Part shown: positions 12,101 through 24,129 of the stretch, piece after piece
How the letters are laid out: each line of letters starts with the position of its first letter
How positions within the stretch are numbered: position 1 is the stretch's first letter
NCBI RefSeq assembly: GCF_018350175.1
Contig: NC_058383.1
Location: 16,060,001-16,124,000 of the forward strand
Reading direction: 5' to 3'
From: Felis catus
Lineage: Eukaryota
DNA: 64,000 bases
Program-made: the position numbers and the translations under genes
Notes under the pieces: generated by a model
The model's database searches: none
What the model was told of the DNA's origin: nothing
What the model saw: the letters and a program-made list of their open reading frames with translations, nothing else

Positions 12101-15100
12101 AAAAATTTGGCTGATATGGGCATCACTGTGTCAACATTAGATCACTCAATCTAATATTGAGACAGATTGCCTGGGTTAGAATCAGGCCTCTGCCATCGTA
12201 TTATCTAAATCAAGTTTCATTTGTATTTTGTGCGCCTGTTTTCTCATCTGTAAAACAGTGATAAAAGCACCTCATAGGACTGTTATGAGAACTAAATAAT
12301 ACAAGTAAAGCATTTAGAACACTGCTTAGCACACAGTAAGTATTATCTTAAGTTTTCACAGTTATCTCTAATGCATGGCAGTCTGGTCACCCTTTGTGGA
12401 TAGGCCTCCTTTCCTCTTGTACTCTAAGTTTGTACTGCTTCTGAAATTTCCATACCAAGAAACAATAGTAACATAAGAACTTATATTTTATTTATTAGGT
12501 TCATATCAGTCAAAACAAACTACTAGAACAAATTTTCTTTTACATATCAGCAATTATTAACAACATAACAAATGTGAATATAAGCACTTAAAATATGTGA
12601 TGGAAAGAATGCTAACAAAAAGTAAGGTACACATCAGAATATATAATATGATAATTTATGTTTAAAAATGGGGGTGGCACCTGGGTGGCTCAGTTGGTTA
12701 AGCGTCTGACTTTGGCTCAGGTCATGATCTCACAGAGCATGAGCTTGAGCCTGTCACATCAGGCTCTGTGCTGACACCTCAGAGCCTGGAGCCTTCTTCG
12801 GATTCTGTCTCCCTCTCTCTCTGCATCCCCACCCCACTTGTGCTCTCTCTCTTTAAAATAAATAAAATAAAAATGGGAAGAATAATACGGTCATATTTAT
12901 GCTTGTATGTGCACAAAAAGCTCTGGAAAGTTTCACAGTTGCTGATGGAGGACAACTGCATGTTTGGGTGACGGGGTTATGAAGGAGATTATTCACCATA
13001 TATGCTTTAGTATCTTTGAATTTGAAGCAGCAAATGCATTATCTATACAAGAATTTAACTGAAAAAAAATGTAGGCAGGGTCTCTAAACAAGTACCCTGG
13101 AAGCCAGGCTTCTAGTCCCAATCTGCTGTAACTGTGTTACCCTGGGCAAATTGTTTAACCTCTGAGTCTAGGCGGACAAAGCGAGGAGCACCAAAAACTT
13201 CAAGGTTCTATTCTAAAAATGTAAGATCTCAGGGTGCCTGGCTGAGCATGTGAGTCTTGATCTCAGGCTCATGAGTTCAAACCCCACGTTGAGCAGTAGA
13301 GCCTACTTTAAAAAAAAAAAAAAAGGAAGATTTCAACAAAGGGGTAGTAAGTAGATGGCACTACTACTTTTTTTTTCTGTCATGAGAGGTACTAAACCAA
13401 CATTTTGCAAAAGAAGGCAACTTTTTGAGGAGCTGATGGCTTTCAAATACTATTTTACAGCTTTTAAAAATGTAGAATTGCCAAGCCTATTAATCTTTAA
13501 AGATAACTTGTAGTATTCTTAACAAAAAAAACCTTTCTTAGAAGGAGGTCTAATGTAACTTGCAGAAAATACCTATAAAGAATATTCTGCATATCATATT
13601 GTTTCTCTTGCCATGCTTCTGAAATTGTTTTCAATGGACTTTAAGTCTTTATACTATGGCACGGAGGGAACAATAAAGTATAATAATTTACATTTAAAAA
13701 ATACACAAATGACTGGGGCACCTGGGTGGCTCGGTCGTCCAACTTCAGCTCAGGTCATGATCTCACGGCTCGTGAGTTCGAGCCCCGCTTCGGGCTCTGT
13801 GCTGAGCCTACTTCATATTCTGGGTCTCCCTCTCTCTCTCTGCCCTCTCCCGCTCATGCTGTCTCTGTCTCTCAAAAATAAACATTAAAAAAAATTTTTT
13901 TTAAATACACAAATGACTATACCTTAAACAAACAACTTACATTACTTAAAGGCATTTATTATCAGATACTGCAAAAAAAGTAACATCTCCAGTCAATGGC
14001 AACAGCCATAATTGAGTATATAATTTATTCCAGGTACTATCCAGGTATTCACTGTTAATCCCACCATTCTCTGGCAAAGCAGGTTTTAACAGCCCCATTT
14101 ACCATATGTAGCAATGGAGGCTCCCTGAAGGTAAGTGACCAGCTTGAGGTCACAGTCTAACAAGCAGCAGAACTAGGAGCCCACCAAGAATCTTTGGATC
14201 TGAGCTCTGCACAAAACAGGGGCTACTTAATGTTGGCTGGAAGGCTGGTGCAGGTTTGCAACAGACTTTTTACTGATTTATATAAAAATGAGGAAAAATA
14301 ATAAGAAAGGAAACTTTTTAATAAAGCTAAATGATTCAATTTTATTTCATTTTACTTTACAGAGAGATGGTATGGGAGGGGGCAGAGGGAGAGAGAGAAT
14401 CTGAAGCAGGCTCAGCAGGGCCTGATGCAGGGTTTGATCCCATGACCCTGGGATCATGACCTGAGTTGAAAGCAAGAGTGGATACTCAACCAACAGAGCC
14501 ACCCAGGTGCCCCTAAATGATTCAATTTAGAGGTCTTTTATTCTGAAATTCTGTCCTCTCAAATTATTTGAGTTAAAATATCCTTTTTTAAAATAAAGTG
14601 ATAGTGAATGTAGCTAGTGATATGTTACTGTTTTTATTGGCTACACCTGACAAAACAAAACAAAACAAAACAAAACAAAACAAAACAAAACAAAACAAAA
14701 ACTGGTAACTCCACTGCACCCAATTTGGGGTGGTGGTGGATAATTTCTTCTTTAAAAACAATTTTTTTTAACTTTATTTATTTATTTTGTGTGAGAGAGA
14801 GAGAGACAGCGTGGGTGGGTGGGGGAGGGGGGGTTGGGTAGCAGAGAAAGGCAGAGAGAAAGATTCCCAAGCAGGCTCCTTGCTGCCAGTGCAGAGCCCC
14901 ACGTGGGGCTTGAATCCATGAAACCTTGAGATCATGACCAGAGCCAAAACCAAGAGTCGGATGCCTGACAAACTGGGCCACCAGGTGCCTTCTTCTTCTT
15001 TTTTTTTTTTTTTTTTTTTTGCTTAATTTTTATTTGAGAAAGAGAGCACACTCAGGGATGAAGGGAAGAGGGAGAGTGGGAGGGAGGGGGGGAAGGGAGG

Positions 15101-15313
15101 GAGGGCGGAAGGAGGGGGAGGGGGAGTAGGAGAGGGGGAGGGAGGGAGAGGGAGAGAGACAGAGAGAGAATGAATTTTAAGCACAGGCTTAAGGCTGTGC
15201 TCCATGCTCAGCACAGAGCCCAACGCAGGGCTGGATCCCATGACCCTGGGATCATGACCCAAGATGAAAACAAGAGTCAGATGCTCAACCAACTGAACTA
15301 TCCAGGTGTCCCA
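8100..15313. mobile_element. Intronic repeat mosaic: L1M fragments (~8100-8660, 10480-11180), MIRs (~8685-8900, 12160-12350, 14010-14200) and CAN-SINEs (~9028-9316, 9555-9672, 10223-10421, 10641-10845, 12675-12875, 13230-13325, 13715-13905, 14340-14513, 14755-14990, 15001-15313)
   Basis: Consensus motifs (MIR cattttatgaagaggaaactgagac; SINE gagatcatgacctgagcc) and several visible TSDs, e.g. GGATAATTTTAATTTT, AAATACACAAATGACT, TAAATGATTCAATTT. Confidence 0.75.
14651..14701 (+). repeat. (CAAAA)n microsatellite
   Basis: Ten CAAAA units. Confidence 0.95.
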
Positions 15314-15836
15314 ATAATTTCCTTTGAAATCCAAAGTCTGGAAACTATTCCCTTAAGACAATGATGCCTTCCTAAATACTAGAGGACTTTACAAACACAC
15401 ATACATCCCCACCTAAAATTCTCTCTTTAATCTCTATTCTGTTTGGATTAAGACACTGAAGGACTGAAAAATGAGAATAAAGTGGGATTTAGCAATCCAA
15501 AGTCACATGAGTTAACACTGGGGGGGGGGGGGGGCTTACTTTAGGATTCATCAGGTAACTTTCCTTATCTTTTATCTGCAATTCTACTCATTCTAACTTG
15601 GGCTCAGACTTCCTTTTCCTAAAATAGTTACATTTTTAATACCTCTACTAAGTGGCAATCAACAATTAAGTCAAAGAAAAAGAATTACTTGAGGTCTCCA
15701 ATAATCTGATTTTATTTAAAGACTCTGAAAAAATAAAAATTTTTAACAATGTTTATTCTAACTATATACAAAAAAAATTGGTCTATAAATCAGACTCAAG
15801 CCACTTTAATTTCCAAATTTCTGTGCCTCCATTAAA

Positions 15837-15868
15837 TACACACACACACACACACACACGGTATACAC

Positions 15869-15912
<44 letters not shown>
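15837..15912 (+). repeat. Compound (CA)n/(TA)n microsatellite
   Basis: Directly visible. Confidence 0.95.
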
Positions 15913-15916
<4 letters not shown>

Positions 15917-18146
15917 TTGTAAGCAGTTTATAAACAGGCTGATCAAACTGGATAAATTTCTTGAAAATAATTTTATTGTGTATAAGGCAAATAAGTTATT
16001 TACTCCTTTTGTTAGCCACGTTTTATTTCTTACCTATCCTCCTTTAGCAAGCATCAAACTTATTTTATGTAACTAAAAGTTAGTTGCAATCACAACGTAT
16101 TAAATTCACATTTAAAACTACGGTTTTTAAGATCCAGTTATTTTTAGTCTTACTTTTATATTACTTTATGGTGCTTTATTAAAAATTTTAAAAAGAGCAC
16201 AAAAACATGGACCTTAAATGACATATAACTGAAAATACTTACAGTCTGCACTTATTACATGGTTCAAAACATGCCTTCTCAAAGGAAAATCAATTTTAAG
16301 AACTTAACCACACAGTTTGGGTAACATAAAGCAGTCTTTCCATGCCCACATGTTAAAAGGCCCAGTTAAATTTACTATAGACTACAGTGTTTGCAAAATC
16401 TAAAACTGGTAATAATTCTGCCTAAACTCCATACTCACCTAATATCAAAAGTTATTTTTATTTCTTCTTTTTAAAAATTACTTAAAATATACTGCTGGAT
16501 AGTCTTTTCACTATATATTTATTCAACTAACTCTGGGTGCAAGCTACTTTTAAGTGTAAAAGTCCTTTCCAATGGAAGTGAAAATAACATAAAAATGTTT
16601 GCATAAAATACACTCAGTGGCTCTCAAAGAGACGCTGAGTCTATTAAGTCTATTAACTTGGTTCAAAAATACCCAATCAAAAATGTTAGCTTTTGTCACA
16701 TTGATATATTTTAACTGTTAACTAATATCTACATTTTAAACGCACTGTGTTTAATGTAGCAAGAATGGTGACTATTTTCTCACTAACGCAACAGGATTTT
16801 AAGGGCAAATGAGATAGAGCTGTCTAACTGGAAAAGACTGGCAGCCTGCAGTTTGTAAATAGTAACAAGACAAACTCCCATGCTTGCTTCTTCATGTAAT
16901 CACCAATATGTAGGTCAAAATAAACTAGTGAGCTATACATTACCATCTACCTAGCAATTACGGATCAACAGGAGGGGAAGAAACTGTTCAAATATGACTA
17001 CTGTTAAGAAATGCAAATACTAAGCATCGTATGTCTTTATAAAAATTGTAACCTATCAATTCTGAAATCATTTTCACTTTTGCTACTTTTAATGAACCCT
17101 CCTCACTAATTTAAAAAAAAAAAAAAGCCGCCACTTTAAGATGTAAATTCCTCTTTTTTTCCAAAGTAACTTGCCTTGGAAAATCTAACGCAGAAAATAA
17201 AATATAACAGATAAATCACTACAACATTTTAAAAAACCTAAAGTTATCAGTAAAAAAAAAACAACAAAAACAATCCCTCCACTTAGGCAAGGCGTGTATT
17301 TTTAATCTTCTATGGGTATCCCATTATACTAATCAGCAACGTTTAAAAGTCACCAAATGCTCCAGACACTACCACTACACATGACATACTCCCTTTTACT
17401 CAAATGAAGCTTAAACTAGACCCAGACTCAGGCCAATTCCCCCTCTCAGGCACACTGAAATATACGAGGGGGAATCCAAGAAATCAGATATGTTAAGTGC
17501 CGGTATCTTCTTCCAGAGTAGGGTCAAATTCGTGTTTGCCTGCAAATGTCACCGTCTCAAGAAGTCTGCAAATTCTCATTAGCGCTATAGAGTACAAAGA
17601 GGCCTGACCACAGAAACACCTGTCCTAGCACTGAGAAGACAGTGGGAAATGCAACCCAAGCCCACGCCGGCCGCACAGCCTCCGGCTGCAGCGAGCCGGG
17701 ACGAGGGGTGGACACTGACCTCACCGCTCCCACGGCAGGGTCCCACACGCTCGACCCGCCTTCCCCGGCGAGAACCAGGAAATCTGTCAAGCCGGCCGGG
17801 ACTCACCCTCCGCGAACCCCTCTCGCTCCTTCCCAGCCCGGCCCCAGCCGGCCCAACTGCTCCCGGTCCGCTCCGGCCTCCCGGCTGCACTCTGCCACCT
17901 CATCCCTCCTCGCCGGTCTCGCGGCCCCGCCGCCTCCACCCCGGGAGCCTGAACTCGGGCCGTCCCCCGGGCCGGAGCCCCCGGCCGCCGCCCCCGGCCC
18001 CGGCCAGGCTCGCAGCGCCGTCGGTCCCTCCGCGGCCCGGTCCCCGCCGCCCCCCAGGCCCGAGCTCCCGCCGCGCGCTCCCCACCCCCAGCCTCCGCCC
18101 TCACCCCGCTCGGCCGCTCCCGGCCCGCTCCCCCCAACCGGGCTAC

Positions 18147-18340
18147 CTGGAGGCAAGGGCGGCGGAGCACTTCACCCAGGGCCCTAGGTCGCAGAGGGCC
18201 CGGTGCTCGGGGTCCCGCTCCTTCTCCCGCTCCACGTGGTAGGCGTAGATGGAGAGCAGGATCCCGGCGGCGCACACTGCATACCGGGCCACCCGCTCCC
18301 ACCGCGGCACCGACACTCTCAGCAGGACGGGCGCCGCCAT
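18147..18340 (-). CDS. VKORC1L1: Vitamin K epoxide reductase complex subunit 1-like 1, coding exon 1 (194 nt, phase-2 intron follows)
   Basis: Translates as MAAPVLLRVSVPRWERVARYAVCAAGILLSIYAYHVEREKERDPEHRALCDLGPWVKCSAALAS(R), the recognisable VKORC1L1 N-terminus with the two loop cysteines. ATG at 18340 is in strong Kozak context (gaagATGG). Donor CCAG|GTAGCC with GT at 18146-18145. Confidence 0.97.
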
Positions 18341-18348
18341 CTTCCCCC

Positions 18349-18500
18349 CTCCGCCGCCGCCGCCGCCGCCTCCTTCGCCGCCGCCGCCGCCTCCCTCCGC
18401 CTCCACCTCAGCCGCCGCCGCCCGTCGGGGCCCGACCCAGCCGCCGCCGCTACCGCCACCGCCTCCGCTGCCGCCGCCACCACCGCCGCCGCCGCCGCGC
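18349..18500 (-). repeat. Interrupted GGC/CCG trinucleotide repeats in VKORC1L1 5' UTR
   Basis: Several (CCG)n runs with CCA/CCT interruptions immediately upstream of the ATG. Confidence 0.9.
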
Positions 18501-18832
18501 CCCATTGGCTCGACCGCCTCCTCTGGGCCCCGCCCCCACAGGCGCGCGGCCCAACCGCCCCGAAAGGAGAGAGCCCGGCGAGGCGGGGAAGGCGCGCGCG
18601 GGCGCGGCGGGAGGGGGCGGAGCGCGCAACCGTCGGAGGCCGGGCCGGCAGGCGGAGACAGAGGCGGCGCGGCGCGCGCGGCGGGCGGGGCAGAGTGGAG
18701 GGGCGTGGCCAGAGGAAAGAGGGGCGGGGCTCCGGGAGGGGAGGGGAGGAGTCGTGAGGGGACGGGTGGGGTCATGAGGGCGGTGAGGTGCCTGAGGGCT
18801 TTAGGGGACTGGGTGCAGCGAATAATAAATTT

Positions 18833-18838
18833 CACGTG
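18833..18838. promoter_or_regulatory. E-box (CACGTG) at the upstream edge of the CpG island
   Basis: ttCACGTGtg motif about 500 bp upstream of the ATG; function is inferred only. Confidence 0.4.
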
Positions 18839-19444
18839 TGACTGAGTAAGCCCTTGGCCCCTCCCCCTGGGGGGTGGCGATCATTGCCATCCCTTTTTCC
18901 TTTTTTGTCATCATTTGATATTTTTGGACCCAATCCAGATTAACCCTGGCCAATGCCTGGAGTTCCAGAGCCATGCTTCCATTACCTGATATTCCCCACA
19001 ACCTCCAAGCACCTCCGTGTTCAACAGGTGCAAACTTAAATATTTTTTAAATTATTTATGAAAAAAACAACAAAGTTATTTATGAATGCCTTGCTTCTCT
19101 GTAAGTTGAACTTGAGATGGGTTAACATAATTAATGTAATATAGAAAAATATAAAAACGAACTAAAAAAACAGGAAAAAGAAAAAGACAAATCAGAATAA
19201 AAAGAAAGACCAGAAGTAAGAACACAGGTAAGCAGGCCATAGAGTCTTGCATAATTATTAAGATTGAACCATAAATTTGGCTCTGAGCTTCTTGGTGATC
19301 ACAACTAAAAGGAGAACATGTGTGTGTGATTCTCACGGTGTCTAAGAAGAAAGAAACACACCATTCTTGGGGATGGCCAGCTTTTCCCTGGTTTCAGTTC
19401 TCAGAGATTTCAGGAGCTTTATATAGTGATTTTGAGTAACAATG

Positions 19445-20500
19445 TCCTTGTTGGTAACAGATTACCCCAACGTTAGCAGCTTAAAACAAAAATCCCTTAT
19501 TTTCTCACAATTTCTGTGGATCAGGGATGTGGGTACCACTTTGCTAGGTCCTCTGGCTCAAGGTCTCTCACATTCAACTTGTGAGTCAGGGCTGCAGGCA
19601 TCTCAAAGTTGGAGAATCCTTTTTCAGGCTCACTCAAATGCCATTTACAGGCCTCTGGTTCTTTATTAGTTCCTGGCTACATGTACCCCTCCATAAAAAG
19701 CTGCTATCTTCCCCTAAGACAAGGGATGAGAGAGGGAGATGGAAGTCACAGTCTTTGTTGTAATATAATCTCAGAAGAGACAGCCCATCACTTTTACTTA
19801 CTCTATTACTTAGAAGCTAGTCCACAACCCAAGTGTCCATCAGGGATGAATGGATAAAGAAAATGTGGTATTATATATACCATGAAATATTATCCGGCCA
19901 TAAAAAAGAAGGAAATTCTATCATTTGAGACAACACTGATGAATCTTGCGGACATTGTGGTAAATGAAATAAGTCAGACAGAGAAAGACAAATATTATAT
20001 GATCTCCCATGTATGTAGAATCTTAAAAGGCCAAACTCAGAAACAGATAGATTGGCTAGAGGTTAGGGGAAATGGGGAGATGTTGATCAAAGGGTACAAA
20101 CTTCCAATTATAAGATGAATAAGTTCTGGGGATCGAAGGTGCCACATGGTGAATGTGGCTAATAATACTGTATTATATACCTGAAAGTTGCTAAGAGAGT
20201 AAATCTTAAATGTTCTCACCACATAATACTCACAAATTATGTGAGGTGATGGATGCATTAACTAACCTCATTGCGGTGGACATCTCACAATCAGTTTGAT
20301 CACAAAATGATCAAATCACGTACACTTTAAACTTACACAATGTTATATTTCAACTATATCATAATAAAGCTAGGAGGTTAAAAAAAAAAAAAAAAGAAGC
20401 TAGTCCCTAGGTCCAGTCTGCAATGAAAGGGAGGGGATTACACAAAAACATGGAAACCAGGAGAGGGAATCACTGGGAGTTTATCTTACAGGCTGTCTAC
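19445..20500 (-). mobile_element. MLT1 (MaLR) LTR interrupted by an L1 3' end (19824-20394, + strand)
   Basis: MLT1 motifs taacagattaccccaacgttagcagcttaaaacaa...; L1 flanked by TSD AGAAGCTAGTCC at 19812-19823 and 20395-20406. Confidence 0.8.
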
Positions 20501-20579
20501 CACAGTCCTCAAAAAATCACTACTCTCTCTAGTGGTTTCCATAAATCTGAGTGAACTCATTCTGCTGCAACCTCTCTCC

Positions 20580-21910
20580 TTCTGTATCCCTTTCCTGACT
20601 TGATGAGATCTGTTGATTACCTGGCTTCTTTCACTCATCATCATGTCTATGAGGTTCATTATTAATAATTGCGCAAAACTATTATTATTTTTCATTGTTG
20701 TGTTATAGTCCATTATATGAATAACCACAGTTTTATTTGTCCATTCTCTCCCCACTGTTGATAGACATTTATCCTGTTTTAGCTGTTATGAATGAAGTTG
20801 CCATGAACATTCTATAAACGTCTTTTGGTGGACATAAACACTCATTTCTAGTGGTAATAACCCCATGAGTGGGATTAGAGTCAGACAGAATTAGTAATTA
20901 CTGCCTCTGTCAATTCAGGTCTTCCATAAAGAAGATGCCAGTGTAGAATTAGATATGCAAGACATTTCCAGGGGGCCTTGCCCGTGAAGGCTAAAGGAGA
21001 GAGGGAGGAAGAGTAGACATGGGGAACCTCCAGACCACAGTGCAGATCTGACCGCTGTGAAAACTCCACAGTCTCAGCCAGGCTGACAGGGAGCCAAGTG
21101 TACAAACTGTCCATCATAGGAGCTGTGTGCAGTGTAGGATGGCCTGGAACTAGGACCTCTGCCATGCACAGTCACGGGCCAGGAGCAGCCTGGAAAAAGC
21201 ATGGCCTCAGCATGAACACTGGGGTGGGTCTAACAGTGTGGCAGCTGGAGCTATTGGCCAACTAGCCTCCTTGCAGCAGGCTCTCTTGAAGGGAGATCTG
21301 AACGGTGTGTCACCAGGGCCACCAAACTACCAAACATTTTTCCAAAGTGGTTATACCAATTAAAACTCCCACTAGCAATGTCTGAGATTTCTTTATACTC
21401 TACGTTCTCACCAACCCTTGGAAGTGCCAATGCTGTTAGTTTTACACATTTTGGTGGTTCTCTGGAGGGATCTCATTGTGGTTTTTTTTTAAGTTTATTT
21501 ATTTTGAGAGAGAGAGTGTGTGTGAGAGAGAGAATGCAAGTGGGGGAGGAGCAGAGAGAGAGGGAGAGATAGAATCTCAAGCAGGCTCTGTGCTGTCAGC
21601 GAGGAGCCCAATGTGGGGCCCAACCCCACAAACGGTGAGATCATGACCTGAGCTGAAATCAAGAATTGGACACTCAACCAACTGAGCCACCAAGTGCCCT
21701 TTATTATGGCTTTAAAATAGCCTTTGCTGACGACTAATGAATTGGGGCACCTTTCATATGCTTATTGAGTACATAAATGTTCTCTTTTGTGAAGTGCCTA
21801 CCCAGGTCTTTTTCCCACTTAAAAAAAAAAAAAATCTGTTGCCTGTCTTTTTCTTATTGGATTATAGAAGTTCTTTATATATTGTGGATACGAGTCCATA
21901 TGTGTATTGG
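20580..21910 (-). mobile_element. Old L1M fragment split by an ERVL-type LTR (LTR16-like, ~20905-21325) and a CAN-SINE (21482-21700)
   Basis: L1 motifs ttttccaaagtggttatacc and gtatctcattgtggttt-like; LTR motif cctccagaccacagtgcagatctgacc. Confidence 0.65.
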
Positions 21911-23041
21911 AGATATCTTCTGCCACACTGTGTCTTTTTTTTTTTAATGTTTATTTTTGAGAAAGAGAGAGAGAGAGAGAGAAATTACATGCATATGAGC
22001 AGAACAGGGACAGGTAGAGAGGGGGACAGAGGATCCAAAGGCTCCATGCTGACAGTAGACAGCCAATGTGGGGCTTGAACCCACAAATTGTGAGATCATG
22101 ACCTGAGCTGAAACCAAGAGTCAAACGCTCAACCAACTGAACCACCCAGGGGCCCAATCTTGTCTTTTTTTAATTGTGTTTGTTGCTGAACAATAGAAGA
22201 GACTGTGAATTCCTCACATACATTCCACTACCTCTCACCTTGGAAATGTCAAACTCCTACTTATTCACAGCTTAGATATCTCTTTCTCCTGGAAGGCTTT
22301 CCCACCTCTATTGTAATAGTGAGGATTCTGGTAACACAAACTCAGTTCACCAGGCCAGGGACTCAAACCCCATCAGGACTCTCTCTGCCCATCTTCCCAC
22401 CTCTGTGTGTTGATTTTGTTCTCTCAGGCCAGCTGTGTGCATTCGGAAGGAAAAGTGGCTACTGGTTCCTCCATCTTGCATCTTTGTTTTCTCCTACCAG
22501 AAGGAAACTGCCTGCCATCCCTTAAATCCAATTTAAAAAATCCTGATGAAGAATTCCAGGTTGACCAGCCTTAGGTCACTCATGGGCCCTGTAGCTAGAA
22601 AGAGTGCTGGCTATGACAAACCCACACACCCACAGGAGATTCTGTAAAGGAGCAGTCCTCCCAAAGAACAAAAAAGTGATATTCTCAAATGCAGGAAGAG
22701 GGAATTAGGCAGACAAAGTAGGAGGCTAATCTATTCACTTATTTCACAAATGTTTATTGAGTACCTACAACGTGCCAGGAACAATTGCAAGTGTTGGAGC
22801 CATAGAGAAGGTGAGCAACAGCCGTTGCCTCACAGAGCTCATGTTGTGTGGGAAGCTAGGTGTTCCTGTTGAGGGCTCACAGAGAAGAGCCCCTGTTGTT
22901 GTACAGAGGAAAGTCCTCTGCTCCCAGGCAGGTAGAGCTGTTCACCAGGCTTTCTGCAGTACCAGCAGACAGCCAGGGTCTTCACTGGCTGGTGGGCAAA
23001 ACTCTGGGAGATTGATTTCCAATTCAAGAATGTAAACTTCA

Positions 23042-23270
23042 GGGGCGCCTGGGTGGCGCAGTCGGTTAAGCGTCCGACTTCAACTCAGGTCACGATATCG
23101 CGGTCCCTGAGTTCGAGCCCCGCGTCAGGCTCTGGGCTGATGGCTCGGAGCCTGGAGCCTGTTTCCGATTCTGTGTCTCCCTCTCTCTCTGCCCCTCCCC
23201 CGTTCATGCTCTGTCTCTCTCTGTCCCCAAAATAAATAAAAAACGTTGAAAAAAAAATTAAAAAAAAAAA
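23042..23270 (+). mobile_element. Young felid CAN-SINE
   Basis: Perfect 16-bp TSD AAGAATGTAAACTTCA at 23026-23041 and 23271-23286; CpGs retained. Confidence 0.95.
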
Positions 23271-23289
23271 AAGAATGTAAACTTCAAAA

Positions 23290-23906
23290 GTAAAATGGTG
23301 TAGCCACTTGGAAAACGTGTCTCAAAATGTTAAACATAGAATCACCATGTGACCCAGCAATTCCATTCCTAGGCACATATCCAAGAGAATTGAAAACATG
23401 TGTGCACAGAAAAACTTATCCATAAGTGTTCATAGGAGTATTATTCCTAATGGCCAAAAATGTCCATCAACTGATAAATAGATAAACAAAATGTAGTATG
23501 TACATACAGTGGAATATTACTATTCAGCCATAAAGAGGAATGAAATAGGGGTGCCTGGGTGCTCAGTCGGATGAGTGTCCAACTCTTGATTTCGGCTCAG
23601 GTCATGATCTTGCCGTTTGTGGGACTGAGCTCCACACTGGGGTCTGTGCTGACAGCAAGGAGCCTGCTTGGGATTCTCTCTCTTTCTCTCTCTCTCTCTC
23701 CCCCTCCCCAACTTGTGCGTGCATGTCTCTCTCTCTCTCTCTCTCAAAATAAATAATTAAAAAAAAAGGAATGAAGTACTGATACATGCTTCCACATGGA
23801 CGAACCTTGAAAACATGCTAAATGAAAGAAGACAGACCCAGACACAAAAGGCTATGTATTGTATGATTCCTTCTATTTTTAAAAATTTTTTTAATGTTTG
23901 TTTATT

Positions 23907-23959
<53 letters not shown>

Positions 23960-24129
23960 GCAGGGGAGGGGCAGAGAGAGAGGGAGACACAGAATCCAAA
24001 GCAGGCTCCAGGCTCTGAGCTGTCAGTACAGAGCCTGACTCGAGGCTCAAACTCACGAACCCGCAAGATCATGACCTGAGCTGAAATCAAGAGTCAGAGG
24101 CTTAACCGACTGAGTTCCCCAGGCACCCC
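23290..24129. mobile_element. L1M 3' fragment (+) with two tail-to-tail CAN-SINEs (23548-23765 +, 23876-24129 -)
   Basis: gacccagcaattccattcctaggcacatatccaagagaattgaaaacatg; SINE consensus on both strands. Confidence 0.8.

Larger units (their letters stand above)
1..18146 (-). other. VKORC1L1: VKORC1L1 intron 1 (continues beyond window start)
   Basis: Follows the exon-1 donor. I did not see the exon-2 peptide (WGRGFGLLGS...) in the window; the sequence is repeat-rich and non-coding. Confidence 0.88.
17650..18800. promoter_or_regulatory. CpG island / promoter of VKORC1L1
   Basis: Abrupt very high GC and CpG density spanning exon 1. CCAAT box on the minus strand at 18504-18508; GC boxes at 18614-18622, 18683-18690, 18721-18730; KLF/SP-type GGGGCGTGGC at 18700-18709; no TATA box seen. 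Confidence 0.92.

Noticed and set aside
18147..18340. VKORC1 rather than VKORC1L1
   Set aside because: The N-terminus MAAPVLLRVSVPRWERVAR and the very long first intron are characteristic of VKORC1L1.
17557..18845. Long Pro/Gly/Ala/Arg-rich ORFs on both strands (e.g. 17642-18187, 17649-18242, 18249-18845)
   Set aside because: Stop-codon scarcity in the CpG island; only 18147-18340 matches a known protein.
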